Shown here: positions 1 through 10,698 of the stretch, in pieces
Numbering within the stretch: the stretch's first letter is position 1
Layout of the letters: each line of letters starts with the position of its first letter
Assembly: GCA_040954595.2 (NCBI GenBank)
Contig: CM082588.2
Location: forward strand, 11,607,398 to 11,671,397
DNA length: 64,000 nt
Direction: 5' to 3'
Origin: Balanoglossus misakiensis
Lineage: Eukaryota; Animalia; Hemichordata
Program-made: the position numbers and the translations under genes
Notes under the pieces: model-generated
Seen by the model: the letters and a program-made list of their open reading frames with translations, nothing else
Database searches by the model: none
Told to the model about the DNA's origin: nothing

Positions 1-7
1 TTACCAG

Positions 8-394
8 TGTAGTAACCTCGATGTGCCGTCTCAAATGGCGCCCTAATTCACATCAAAGGCCACAGGGTTCTATAGTATTTGCCGTTAACTAACTGGAGCT
101 CACCATCGCCGACGAACATTCCTTGTCAGATGTCACAGAAAACGCTGCTCGGAACTTTACACGAACATTTAATGACTGAACACACAACACTGGCACTGGA
201 TGATGCGTCGCGGTGGTTGAAGTTTCCGTAGAAAACTGGCAAAAATCCCCAGGCTAACTGTGCAAAAGTCCTCACATGTGCGCCATGGAATTTTCCAGAT
301 ATTTTCTAAACAAAAGCGCATGCGCTAATGTACTCACAGCTCGAGGGCGCTAGACTAAATATTTCAGTTTCTCTAAGAACTGGGCGTCCTTACA
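8..394 (-). repeat. 3' LTR of BEL family A copy 1
   Basis: tgtagtaacc...ccttaca; adjacent ccagcccccaa is the complement of the polypurine tract (ttgggggctgg). Confidence 0.95.
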
Positions 395-405
395 CCAGCC
401 CCCAA
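395..405 (-). promoter_or_regulatory. Polypurine tract of BEL family A
   Basis: Minus strand ttgggggctgg immediately 5' of the 3' LTR; same tract at 41102-41112 on the plus strand. Confidence 0.85.
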
Positions 406-762
406 ATTGTTCATCAAAAAACATTAACAATTTCCATCCTAGCAAATTCAAAACGGCAACATCCATATGTGCCGAAATTACATATCAAATAGAAATTACA
501 AAACAATATCTATAAATATCTCGAAACGCGAAGTCGAAAGTTTTTCAGGAAACGCGAATACAAGAATCCTTTTCTTCATGAATGTGATGATACATCCTAG
601 ACCATGCCCAGACCTCGTCCGGTCAATCATGCTGCCAAGCATGATATCCAACACATCTGTACTTCAAAGATAAGATCAAACGCTGGACGTAGTGGATAGA
701 CTGGCCACTACTTGAGATCGTTGTTATTACAGCTGCTGGTAACTGCAACCATACCAATACCA

Positions 763-3700
763 CTAAGTCTGTGCTTCCAACAATGTGCACAACTTATCAT
801 ATGGTCTTTCTAAAACACTGGATCTGGTCTTCACCAATACTCGTCTCACCACCCCTTTCCGATCAGGCATAACTTTGACGATTACACCCAAAGGCCACGC
901 ATTTCTGGAGGTGTTCTCCTCCTTTTCCAATACAAATCTGACAGATACTGCACTTGCTTCCATCTGTGTACAGCATACAAGTCGTTCTTCTCCGTCACAC
1001 CAGGGGGTGTTGCTACTCCCTTCATAGTAAGCAACATACTGGGTGTCAATGCTTTTAAGTCTCTAGCGTCGTCCGACGATACTGTAATCTCATGCGGTCC
1101 ATCTGTACGACGACTTCTGTTCTTGGCACATCTCAACAATGTGTCACCCACTTTACGTATCCAGGCCACTGCTTTCTTCAGTTTATACCAACTGGAGTAG
1201 TGGTCTATCATTTTCTGAACCGTCTCCTCCGCATTAACGGACATGGATCGATCCGCCCCTTTGTCAGGCGTCTGTCGTTCTCCCGAAACAACAGGTACTG
1301 TTCCCAACACACGGGTACAGTTTCTTCTTCCGACCTCAAGGCTATTCTATGCACTAGTGCAGATTTCTTCACCTCTGGATCTTCTGGATCTAGCTGTGTA
1401 TTGTAGCTATCCCTTGGCCATTTGTCTTGTGTCTTCCGCAAGAAATCAGGACCACCTATCCATCTTTCGTTCTTCAGAAAAGCATCTATTTTCTGACCTC
1501 TAGAGCACTCATCTGCCGGGTTGTCACTGGTATTAATGTAGCGCCAGTTCGCTGGGTCTGATCCTCCTCGAATCACTGCTAGTCTATTCGCCACGAAGGT
1601 ATGAAATCTTGTGGTTTCGTTGTTTATGTACCGCAGCACGGTTTTGCTATCCGTCCAAAACACGGATTCATTGATTGGCAAATCCATCTCCTTTCTGAGA
1701 AGTTTGTCAAGCCTCACTGCCACAGTAGCTGCAGTTAATTCCATTCGTGGGATCGATATTTGCTTCAATGGAGCCACTCTTGCTTTGGCCATCATCAAAG
1801 TGCTGTGGATGTTTCCGCTTTTGTCGATCAACCTAAGATATGATACAGCGCCATATCCATTTTCGCTGGCATCAGCAATGTGATGTAGCTGAGCTGTGTC
1901 TACTTCACCAAAGTGCTCGGGCTTTATACATCTGGGTACTGGTAAACACTCTTCTAATTTCGGTAGATCCCTCAACCAATTCTCCCACACTTTGCGTTGT
2001 TTTCCAGGAATATCATCATCCCAGCCTAGTTTTGCTTTACACAGCTGCTGCAAAAGCATCTTGGGTGGCAGAAGCGCTGGTGCTGCCATGCCCAGTGGGT
2101 CGTATAATGAACTAACCACTCCCAGAATTCCTCGTCTGGTCGCTGGTTTCTCTTTAGTACGATTTCTGAATCCGAATTCGTCAGATTCCACGTTCCATTG
2201 CATACCGAGTGCATGCTCCATTGGCAAGTCATCTCGCTCCAAGTCTAAGTTCTTCACCTCTATCGCCCTTCGTTCTTCAGGTATTGCTTCCAAAACTGGA
2301 CGCGTATTGCTGATCCACTTTGTGAGCTTGAACCCTGATTTCTTACAGGTGTCTGTCAGCCCTTCAGCCAAAGACTTTCCTTCCATCACTGTTGATGCTG
2401 CCTTCAACATGTCATCAACGTAGAAGTTTCTAGATATGGTGTTCTTGACACTCAGATCAGAAGTATTGTCTGAAGCTTTCTTCAACGCGAAGTTTGCACA
2501 ACTGGGTGACGATGTAGCCCCGAAGATGTGCACTGTCATTCGGTACTCGACAGGAGGTTCCTCTACATTACCATTAGGCCACCACAGAAAACGCTGGAAA
2601 TCTCGGTTTTCTTGCGACACGCCAACTTGAGAGAACATAGCCTCTATATCTGACATCAGTGCTATCCGCTCTTCACGAAAACGTATAAGCACTCCTACAA
2701 GTGAACTGGTCAGATCCGGTCCTTGCATTAATTCCTTGTTCAAAGAAGTTCCCTTGTATTCTGCACCACAGTCGAAGACTACCCGGATTTTCTGTTTCTG
2801 TGGATGGTATACTCCATGATGGGGAAGATACCATTTCTTTCCAGGATTGCCTTCCAATTCTTCCTGTGGCACCCTTTCAGCATAGCCTTTGTCTATAATA
2901 CTTTCCATGAAGGTAGTATATTCTTGACGATAGTCATCGTTGTTTCTAAATTTCTTTCCCAACTGAGAAAGCTGATATTCTACTGCCACTTTGTTGTTTG
3001 GCATCGTAACACCGTCATCACGAAACGGTAATGGCACCTGGTAATGACCATCAACAAACTGCGTTTGTTCGTACGCAATCCTCATGAACTTTCTATATTC
3101 AACTGAATCCTCGGGTTTGTCATTTATGATGCGCTCGCTGAACTCGTGATTGAAGAGGTTGATTAACTGCTGATCAATCGCCGGTCCAAATTGTATTCCA
3201 CAGACTGTTGCGGCAGTTTCATTTTCTGACACGCCAGCCCCCGTAAGGAAACCATTTACGAACCAGCCTAAACGGGTACGTACGGCAAATGGTCCATCTC
3301 CATTACTGTTTATCACTTCCCATGGTTCAAACGCTTCAGGAACGTTACCACCGATGAGTAGGCCTATTTCCGCATCTATCTCAGGCAGGCGTACCTTACG
3401 CAAATAAGGATACTTGCCAATGTCATCTTGTGTAACGATGAGATCTTTCGAAGCAGGAATTTTCTCTTGCGTATATGTAGCTGGAAGTTTGATGATGTAA
3501 TGCTCATCAAGATCTGAAACTTCTAGACCCTTGATAACACGACTATCAGCTGATTTACTTCCAGTGATAGTGTTCAGCATAATCTTTGTTTTCTTACCAC
3601 CGACGTTCAGTTGTCGACGAAGTGTTTCCGTACAGAATACTGTGTCACTGCCGTTGTCAATAAAGGCGTACGTTTGTACACTAAGACCACTCGATCTACA

Positions 3701-5246
3701 TTTGACCTTGACGGGAATAATCACGGGTTTATATGCACACTCTCCATTCCCCGCAGATCTACATGATGCGTCAATCATCCCCACATTCGTTAACACGGGT
3801 TTTCCAGACTGGTCTTTGGTTTTGTTGAAGTGCAACACGGTCGGATGCAGCTTGCCACATTTTTCACAAGTCAGCTTGCTTGTACAGTCTTTCACCATAT
3901 GTTTTCCATCTTTCAGGCAACCAAAACATAACCCTTTCGTTTTTATGAGCCGTTTCTTGTCATCGTAAGCCTTGGAGGCAAACACTTGACAGTCTTGAAA
4001 TTCATGTGTACTGTCTGCACAACACAAACACGGAGTAACAGTCTCTGTGCTGACTGTGTAGGCGTTGCGTCTTTGTGTACCACTAGTTGCTTTCTTGATG
4101 TTTTTTGCTCCCTTGTCATTGGATGGAATGCCGGCGAGGTTACCAAACACCTCTTGGGACATTATCTTGGCTTCCCTGTTGACAAATTCCACAAGATCTT
4201 TGAACTGCACTGATCGTTGTTGTACGATACTGTATGTTCTGCTGCGCCACCGGTCTCTCAACTTGAAAGGCAGTTTGTAAACCAACATTTGCAAGTTTTT
4301 GTAGTGGTTGAGCTCTCTCAGATGTGATTCACCTTTCATAGCATTTTCACACTTGGTCAAGAAAAGAGCGAAATCTTTCAAAGCGGTCTTATCCTCGGAT
4401 TTCAATTCCGGCCAATCTTCTGCTTGCTTGGTGTAGGCTCTGGCCGTCACGTATGGATTGCCGAACTCAGTTTCAAGCAATTTTCTGGCTCTTTCGTATC
4501 CTTCATTCGCTTCCATGTGAATGCAACTGCTCACTATTTCTCTCGGTTCACCACGTGTATACTGCTCCAAGTAATACAAACGATCATCAGGATCTTCAGT
4601 GTTAGATTCTATGCCATGCCGAAAGGCACGTATAAATGATTTATACTGCAATGGGTCCCCATCGAACACGGGTATCGATTGCGGCAGTAAAGCGGCACGC
4701 TTGTTATGCTCAAACAACAGTTTAGTAACTGTGGCTAGGTTATGATCACTACAGGAACTGTGGCTGCTATTGCTACCTGTACACGAACCAAGGTCAGGAC
4801 TGAATTTCGTCTGCTTGTTTACATCGGGTTTTCTTTTTTTCTGGACTGCATACAATGCTGTCGACAGGACTATCAGACTTAGTAACGTTGGGACTATCAC
4901 ATGTGTGGAAACTACCCAAGTTGCTAGCACTTGAACTCTTCATCTTGATGTTGCCCCGAAATGCAGCGGGTGTCTTAAAGAGATCTTGTAGGTTGTATTC
5001 TTGTAAACTACTTTCATCTTCACCATTTTCAAAATGACGATACACTTCGATTATTGCATTCTGTTCAGCAATTTCTGTTTTGATTTCCAACAATTGTTTT
5101 TGTTTGTTTATTTTGGATTGTTCTTCGTTTATTTTGAATTCCAATTCGTCTAATTTCTGTTTTTCCTCCAAACCTGCCATACGAGTCATCAGTTCCGCCC
5201 GTTTCACTGCGGCTGCGATTATAGATGCCTTGCTATTAATACTACT
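763..5246 (-). pseudogene. BEL gag-pol polyprotein remnant (gag core, zinc knuckles, aspartic protease, RT, RNase H, integrase C-terminal fragments)
   Basis: ORF 1208-4930: FDGDPLQY gag motif, Cys/His knuckles CFGCLKDGKHMVKDC and CEKCGKLHPTVLH, protease FIDNGSD, RT YLPHHGV/RVVFD/YVDD, RNase H ADASENGYGAV...PRMEL...WTDS...NPAD; frameshifts near 1311 and 4840; C-terminal pieces LTPSMLL and WPLG...RP..KLC; no H2C2/DDE integrase core. Confidence 0.93.
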
Positions 5247-5587
5247 CAGTCTGATTTCAGGGTACCTAATTTACATGCATTTGCATAAAATCATTTCAAA
5301 TGAACAGCGCCCCCGTGCTTAAGTATGTGTCCGTTAGGATTTTTTCCCGAGGTACCGATAATCTCACTTTTCCAGCTTAATACTGCGTTAGAAGAATTAT
5401 TCTCATCCCGAAACTGACGTATACCCGGTAAGTTGCTGTTTCTATCATATTTCACGCCATTGTTAGTCCAAAGAATTAGGTTATACGCGTTTCGAGTGGT
5501 GTGCCCGTACGGACTTTCACGATTTTTCCGTGATTTTCAACACTGCCCCGCGTCTAAGTGCCGGTTTTTAAAAATCGAAAATTGACA

Positions 5588-6860
5588 TAATAATAATAAT
5601 AATAATAATAATTTATTTGTATAGCGTCAGTATCCACAAAAAAATGTGATCAATGACGCTTAAAGCAAAAGTACAATACAACAAATGGCTAAAAAACAGA
5701 TTTAAAAAGTAAAGTTTTAACATTTGATTTAAAAACAGATAAGTCTGGTGCCTGGCGAATGGTGAGTGGAAGATTATTCCAAAGAATTGGAGCAGCAACA
5801 GTAAAAGCACGATCACCATAACTCTTGGTGCGTGATCGAACAGGGCAGAGTTTGAACTGATCAGCTGACCTTAAATTGCGACATGGAACATATAGATTAG
5901 TCATGCTAGAAAGATAGATTGGACCAAGTTTATGAATGGATTTAAAAATGAGAACTAACATCTTAAAAACAATACGCTCTGTAACAGGTAGCCAGTGCAA
6001 CTGATACAAAATTGGAGTGATGTGACAGGTGATTTTAGAACGAGTTACAATTCTAGCAGCAATATTCTGAACGCGTTGGATACGGTTGATTGAATACTTC
6101 GGGAGCCCAACAAAAAGTGAATTACATGAATCAATTCGAGACGTAATGAATGCATGAACTAATTGCTCTGTAGCTGAATGAGATAAATATTTGCGGATAA
6201 GCGCAATGCGACGTAAATGAAAAGTGGCAGAGCGGCAGATCTGTCCAATATGTGGCTTCATTGTCAGACAAGAGTCAAGGATCACTCCAAGGCTCTTAGC
6301 CTGACAATGGACGGGAATCAGAGAATCGCCAACACGAATTTCTGAAATCCCTCTAGCAGACAGATCACCCAAAATACCAGAGAAAATAACAAATTCAGTC
6401 TTATCATCGTTTAAGCACAAGAAGTTTTCAGACATCCAAAACCTAACATCAGAAATACAAAGTTACAGATTTGAAACAGTTCTTGCTGCGTTGTCTTTAC
6501 TAAAAGACATATAAAGTGAAGAGTCATCTGCATAAAAACTATAAAGACAACCATGACTTTGAACTAATTCACCTAATGGAGACGTGTACATATTGAAAAG
6601 TATGGGACCAAGAACTGATCCCTGTGGTACCCCAGTGTCGAGCGGATAAAAAGGTGATTGGGTGGAATTTACAAGTACATACTGACTACGATTGGAAAGG
6701 TATGACTTAAACCACATGAGAACAGTATCTGAGAGACCGAAGCGGTCTCTTAAGCGATTGAGTAAAATGGTATGGTTCACAGTGTCAAATGCTGCGGAAA
6801 GATCGAGTAATACCAAGAAAACATCTCTTTTTTCATCAAGAGCAAGCAAAATGTTGAGTT
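5588..6860 (-). mobile_element. 5'-truncated L2/CR1-group LINE with (TTA)n tail
   Basis: RT motifs LLDLSAAFDTV, GVPQGSVLGP, FYADD (6463-6849) continuing after a frameshift in 5689-6435 (LHWLPV, RAF..AAP.LWN.LP); 3' end cgctatacaaataaa(tta)n typical of the L2 clade. Confidence 0.9.
5689..6849 (-). pseudogene. L2-type reverse transcriptase C-terminal half, frameshifted near 6460
   Basis: ORFs 6463-6849 and 5689-6435 carry consecutive RT and C-terminal motifs. Confidence 0.88.
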
Positions 6861-7136
6861 GATAATTGTTTTATCGAAATTTGCGTATTTTTAGTCTGCT
6901 CAAGGTCCGGAAAAATTGCGAACGCCTGTTTACTGAATGTGTGTATGTACCGTGTTCTAACATGGCGGCGGAAGGAATCCATACCCGGAAGTAGCGAATG
7001 CGCGACTGTGGCAAGCTATTTTAGATCATTATGTCCCGGTCCAATTTCGTAATTTTCTTGCTGAGAGCTCTGATTGGACATGATTTTTGGCGCAATGATG
7101 GGACAGTAGGTGTCCAGACGTCATCGTAGACCTTAA

Positions 7137-7490
7137 AGGGACAAAGTCTCTCTCTAGCTGCCTTTTTTCCATTAATTATATTTGATACAAGACATGAGAT
7201 ACAAGTTTGTTATTCTACATGTGGATATATAGTGAATCAACGTTCAACCACACACAACTTCCATCCCTCTTATAGACAGGAGAGTGAAAAAACTCGCCAA
7301 AATGAATAATCGTTCTTTACCATTTATTCATTTTGGGCGAGTTTTTACTCTCATATCTTACAAGTGGGATGGAAGTTGTGTGTGGTCGAATGTAGATTTA
7401 CTATATATCCACATGTACATTAACATAAACAGTGTCTTGTATCAAACATAATTAGTGGAAAAAGGGCAGCGAGAGAGAGACTTTGTCCCT
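7137..7490. mobile_element. Fold-back MITE with TTAA TSD (Kolobok-like)
   Basis: TTAA at 7133-7136 and 7491-7494; termini agggacaaagtctctct / agagagactttgtccct; imperfect inverted symmetry continues ~170 bp to a centre near 7313. Confidence 0.88.
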
Positions 7491-9499
7491 TTAAGTAAGC
7501 GCGCCGGAGGGAAAGTTTCCCGGGCAGCATGATTCCTTGCTTGGCGTGCACTGTTGCAGCAGTGTCGTGTGTGTGTGGAAGCCGGAGCAAGTGTTTCTCA
7601 AATCTCTTGTTGAGAACTTCACCAATAATTATCGTACGCCTTACAGTTTGTTTCTTTGTCTTTCAGGAGACAACGAAGAAAGAAGTGCGTCTGTGCTGAT
7701 CGATCAGTGTTTTACTTTTAGTGAGTCTGCGTGTAGTGTGGTTGGTGGCCAGTTCCCACACTTTTTTGCATTCAGGAGTTTCCTTTATTAATCTTGCTTT
7801 CCTCAGTTGTTACCTTTTATATATTATATTGTATTTATTTGACAATAAAAATTAAAAAGGTAAATTTCATTAACTGTTATTGTTTGAGTATTACTGAACA
7901 GGCATTTTCCAGTCTGTGTAGGAGTAGACTGTGTGGTTTTAGTTTGACTGACAATTGTCTAGTCTGCACTGTGCAGAGTTTTTGTGAACTGATATTTAGT
8001 CTAGTCTTTGCAGGGTGTGTGTGTGTGTGAACTGGCATTTGTCTGGGCTGTCTGTGCAGAGTGACAGTGAAAGGCTTTTGTCCAGTCTGGGCATAGTAAC
8101 TGATTGGGCATTTATCAGTCTGTCTATGCAAGTCATATTTTTCTATAGTCATTTTCAGTCTTTTAACTGCAACATACTTTGTCTTTGTGAAGCTTTTCAT
8201 AATGGTGAGAAAGGGGTCGTTTGTGTTTTCCTCCAAGAGTAGAGATAGTTTGCTGGTTTTAAATAGACTGCTGAGGTCTATGGCAAATGCCACAGATGGA
8301 AGGAATAACATTCTAAACTCCATAAAGACCACTATACATAACAAACTGTGAAAACACTAGAAGTGGTAAAAACACCAGTAGAAGTTATATTGACAGAGTA
8401 AGTGAAGATGATTCAATTCTAGAAATGATTATGAATGAAGAAACGGTGGATACTTTTGAAACGTTTGACATACTAGAGATAGAAGAGGTAGAACAGGAAT
8501 ACCAATTACCTGAGGAAGATTTACAAGAGAGTACAACAAATGCATATGAAAATGATACAAATAATTACAGTGATTATTCAGATATGGAGTTAGAAAACTA
8601 AATGTAGAATTATAAGGCTGGCAATAATTTTATTGATTGAAAAAATATACATAAAATTCTTAAATTAGAAATAATCAAAAAGAAAAAAAAATGTTTTTAA
8701 AAATTGCCAAATTACCAATCAATGTCAGAAAAAGGAGAGTTGGACCAGTGTAGTCTGTTGTAGTACACCATGATTTTATTGTCAGATACACCTCACAGTC
8801 ACCACTATGCATACTATGTACATACTGTCTATGCAGACCGCCACTTATCCGGGTTAATCTCTAAAACACATGAATATCCATTGTCAAAACCTAGGCTGTT
8901 ATCGAGCATTGATTGTCTCATAACTCATCTGCAATGTTATGTTCAGTGTAAAGTCCCGGCAGACTGCCGGGGACTGTGATTTGATCAGCCGAGTTTCCGT
9001 GTTACGCAATCGAAACACCCTTACGGAGGTCCTATACATGTAGTATGTTGCTTGAGAGGTCACATTCAACACTGCCCCGCGTCAAAGTGCTTCACCGTAG
9101 GCAAACCAAACTTGGCACAGTTATAGCTAATACATAGACCATGTAAAAAACCGTATTTACGCTTCTGCTCAAGACCCTCTAATTTTTGTATCGCTTCTCA
9201 AAAATTAGCATTCACATTCATAACATCGTACGATCGAGTCACTGCCACATCGCCAGTATGCAGGGTTTCAAAATAATTTATTACAGCTGAAACGAGCGTC
9301 ATAAAACGTAAGACAACATCATTTTAGACAATAATTGATGGAAAACGAACCTTGTCATCCAAAATTAAAGCGTGTACACCTCTTTTCATGCCAGCATGCA
9401 GGTTTCAAGTTTTCGGTAGGCCGCCATATTGGATAGAAGTGAAAACGAGGCTCTCTGTTGTAAGATTTTGGCGAATTTCAATAGGCTGAGATCAGACTG

Positions 9500-10034
9500 T
9501 ACTACCACGTGAGGACACGTGTGATGACACTCTGCTTGATCTTGCTGATTTAAATCTAGGTGTCTTACTACCAATATGGGACACGCTATCTTCTGGCCCC
9601 ACAGTGTCTGCCAACGTGGAATCATGCAGCCCATGGCGAAATAGCCAGGTGTCAACTACATGCTGAAATTCATCAAACCCAGTCATACGTGGTAATGACC
9701 AACTGGTATACATATGTTGTTTTTCTTTTTCATCCAATGACTCATGGTATTTGACATCAGCCTCTTTGAAGTTTTCAAAGGCAACATCACATTCTTTCAT
9801 TATAGTTTTCACCAAAATACCATTGACTTTATCTTCCATCAGAGATGTTATCTGATTCATCAATGTTGTTACTCTACCATAGATGTGTGATCTGGTAGTT
9901 TTCAATCTTTCTCTTTCAGCTTCTTTGTGCTTGTCTGTTTTTATGGAGACACGCTTGGTGTTTTCTGGATTACCAGTAAACAAATCATTTTTCTCTGTTT
10001 CCACCATGACCTTTGTATCATCATTGGTGGCCAT
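9500..10034 (-). pseudogene. N-terminal part of BEL gag (separated by the TIR element)
   Basis: ATG at 10034 (MATNDDTK…VGPEDSVSHIGS…SSRVSSHVSSRGS); the PEDSVS + Ser-rich segment is typical of BEL gag N-termini and rejoins the 5246 frame. Confidence 0.85.
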
Positions 10035-10301
10035 TTTGCTTCTTATTCTGTATAAATTCACTGTGCTGAATGATACCCAATGCGCCCTGTACGTACGATA
10101 TGCGCGGTCGAGTACTAGTATGACACAATGACCTTGAAGCTTCTGACATGCGCAGTGGCGTCTTGACCACGAACGCCAGTTTTCCTCAGCTGAGCCGAGT
10201 CCAATGTACTGCTAGACAGGAAAATACTGATAATAAATCGCTGTCCTACCAGATTCTTTCTACCAATCTTCCGAAGGTGACAGTTTCTGCCCGGTCGATC
10301 A

Positions 10302-10312
10302 CAGTTTTCTAC
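10302..10312 (-). promoter_or_regulatory. Non-canonical primer-binding site GTAGAAAACTG (candidate self-priming PBS)
   Basis: Abuts the 5' LTR, lacks the TGG needed to pair with tRNA CCA, exact reverse complement of LTR-internal 10533-10543. Confidence 0.7.
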
Positions 10313-10698
10313 TGTAGTAACCTCGATGTGCCGTCTCAAATGGCGCCCTAATTCACATCAAAGGCCACAGGGTTCTATAGTATTTGCCGTTAACTAACTG
10401 GAGCTCACCATCGCCGACGAACATTCCTTGTCAGATGTCACAGAAAACGCTGCTCGGAACTTTACACGAACATTTAATGACTGAACATACAACACTGGCA
10501 CTGGATGATGCGTCGCGGTGGTTAAAGTTTCCGTAGAAAACTGCCAAAATCCCCAGGCTAACTGTGCAAAAGTCCTCACATGTGCGCCATGGAATTTTCC
10601 AGATATTTTCTAAACAAAAGCGCATGCGCTAATGTACTCACAGCGCGAGGGCGCTAGACTAAATATTTCAGTTTCTCTAAGAACTGGGCGTCCTTACA
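10313..10698 (-). repeat. 5' LTR of BEL family A copy 1
   Basis: About 4 substitutions and 1 indel versus 8-394; sense strand has an Inr-like CAGTT at 10543 and ATTAAA at 10478-10473. Confidence 0.95.

Larger units (their letters stand above)
5247..9499. mobile_element. Non-autonomous TIR DNA transposon inserted in BEL gag (superfamily uncertain, Academ-like termini and TSD)
   Basis: TIRs cagtctgatttcag (5247-5260) and ctgagatcagactg (9486-9499), 13/14 match; 4 bp TSD TACT at 5243-5246 and 9500-9503; removing the element and one TSD restores gag in frame (…SSRGSSINSKASIIAAAVKRAEL…). Confidence 0.85.
8..10698 (-). mobile_element. BEL/Pao LTR retrotransposon (family A), both LTRs present, non-autonomous (integrase core deleted, gag interrupted)
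   Basis: Direct-repeat LTRs 8-394 and 10313-10698 with TG...CA ends; 5 bp TSD ACCAG at 3-7 and 10699-10703 inside the satellite motif gttaccag|tgtgcaac; BEL-type gag-pol on the minus strand. Confidence 0.96.

Noticed and set aside
1611-3968. Plus-strand ORFs antisense to BEL pol
   Set aside because: Shadow ORFs of the coding strand with no independent features
10281-10298. gtttctgcccggtcga resembling the complement of the tRNA-Val 3' end
   Set aside because: Wrong strand for a PBS of this minus-strand element, not adjacent to the LTR, and lacks TGG
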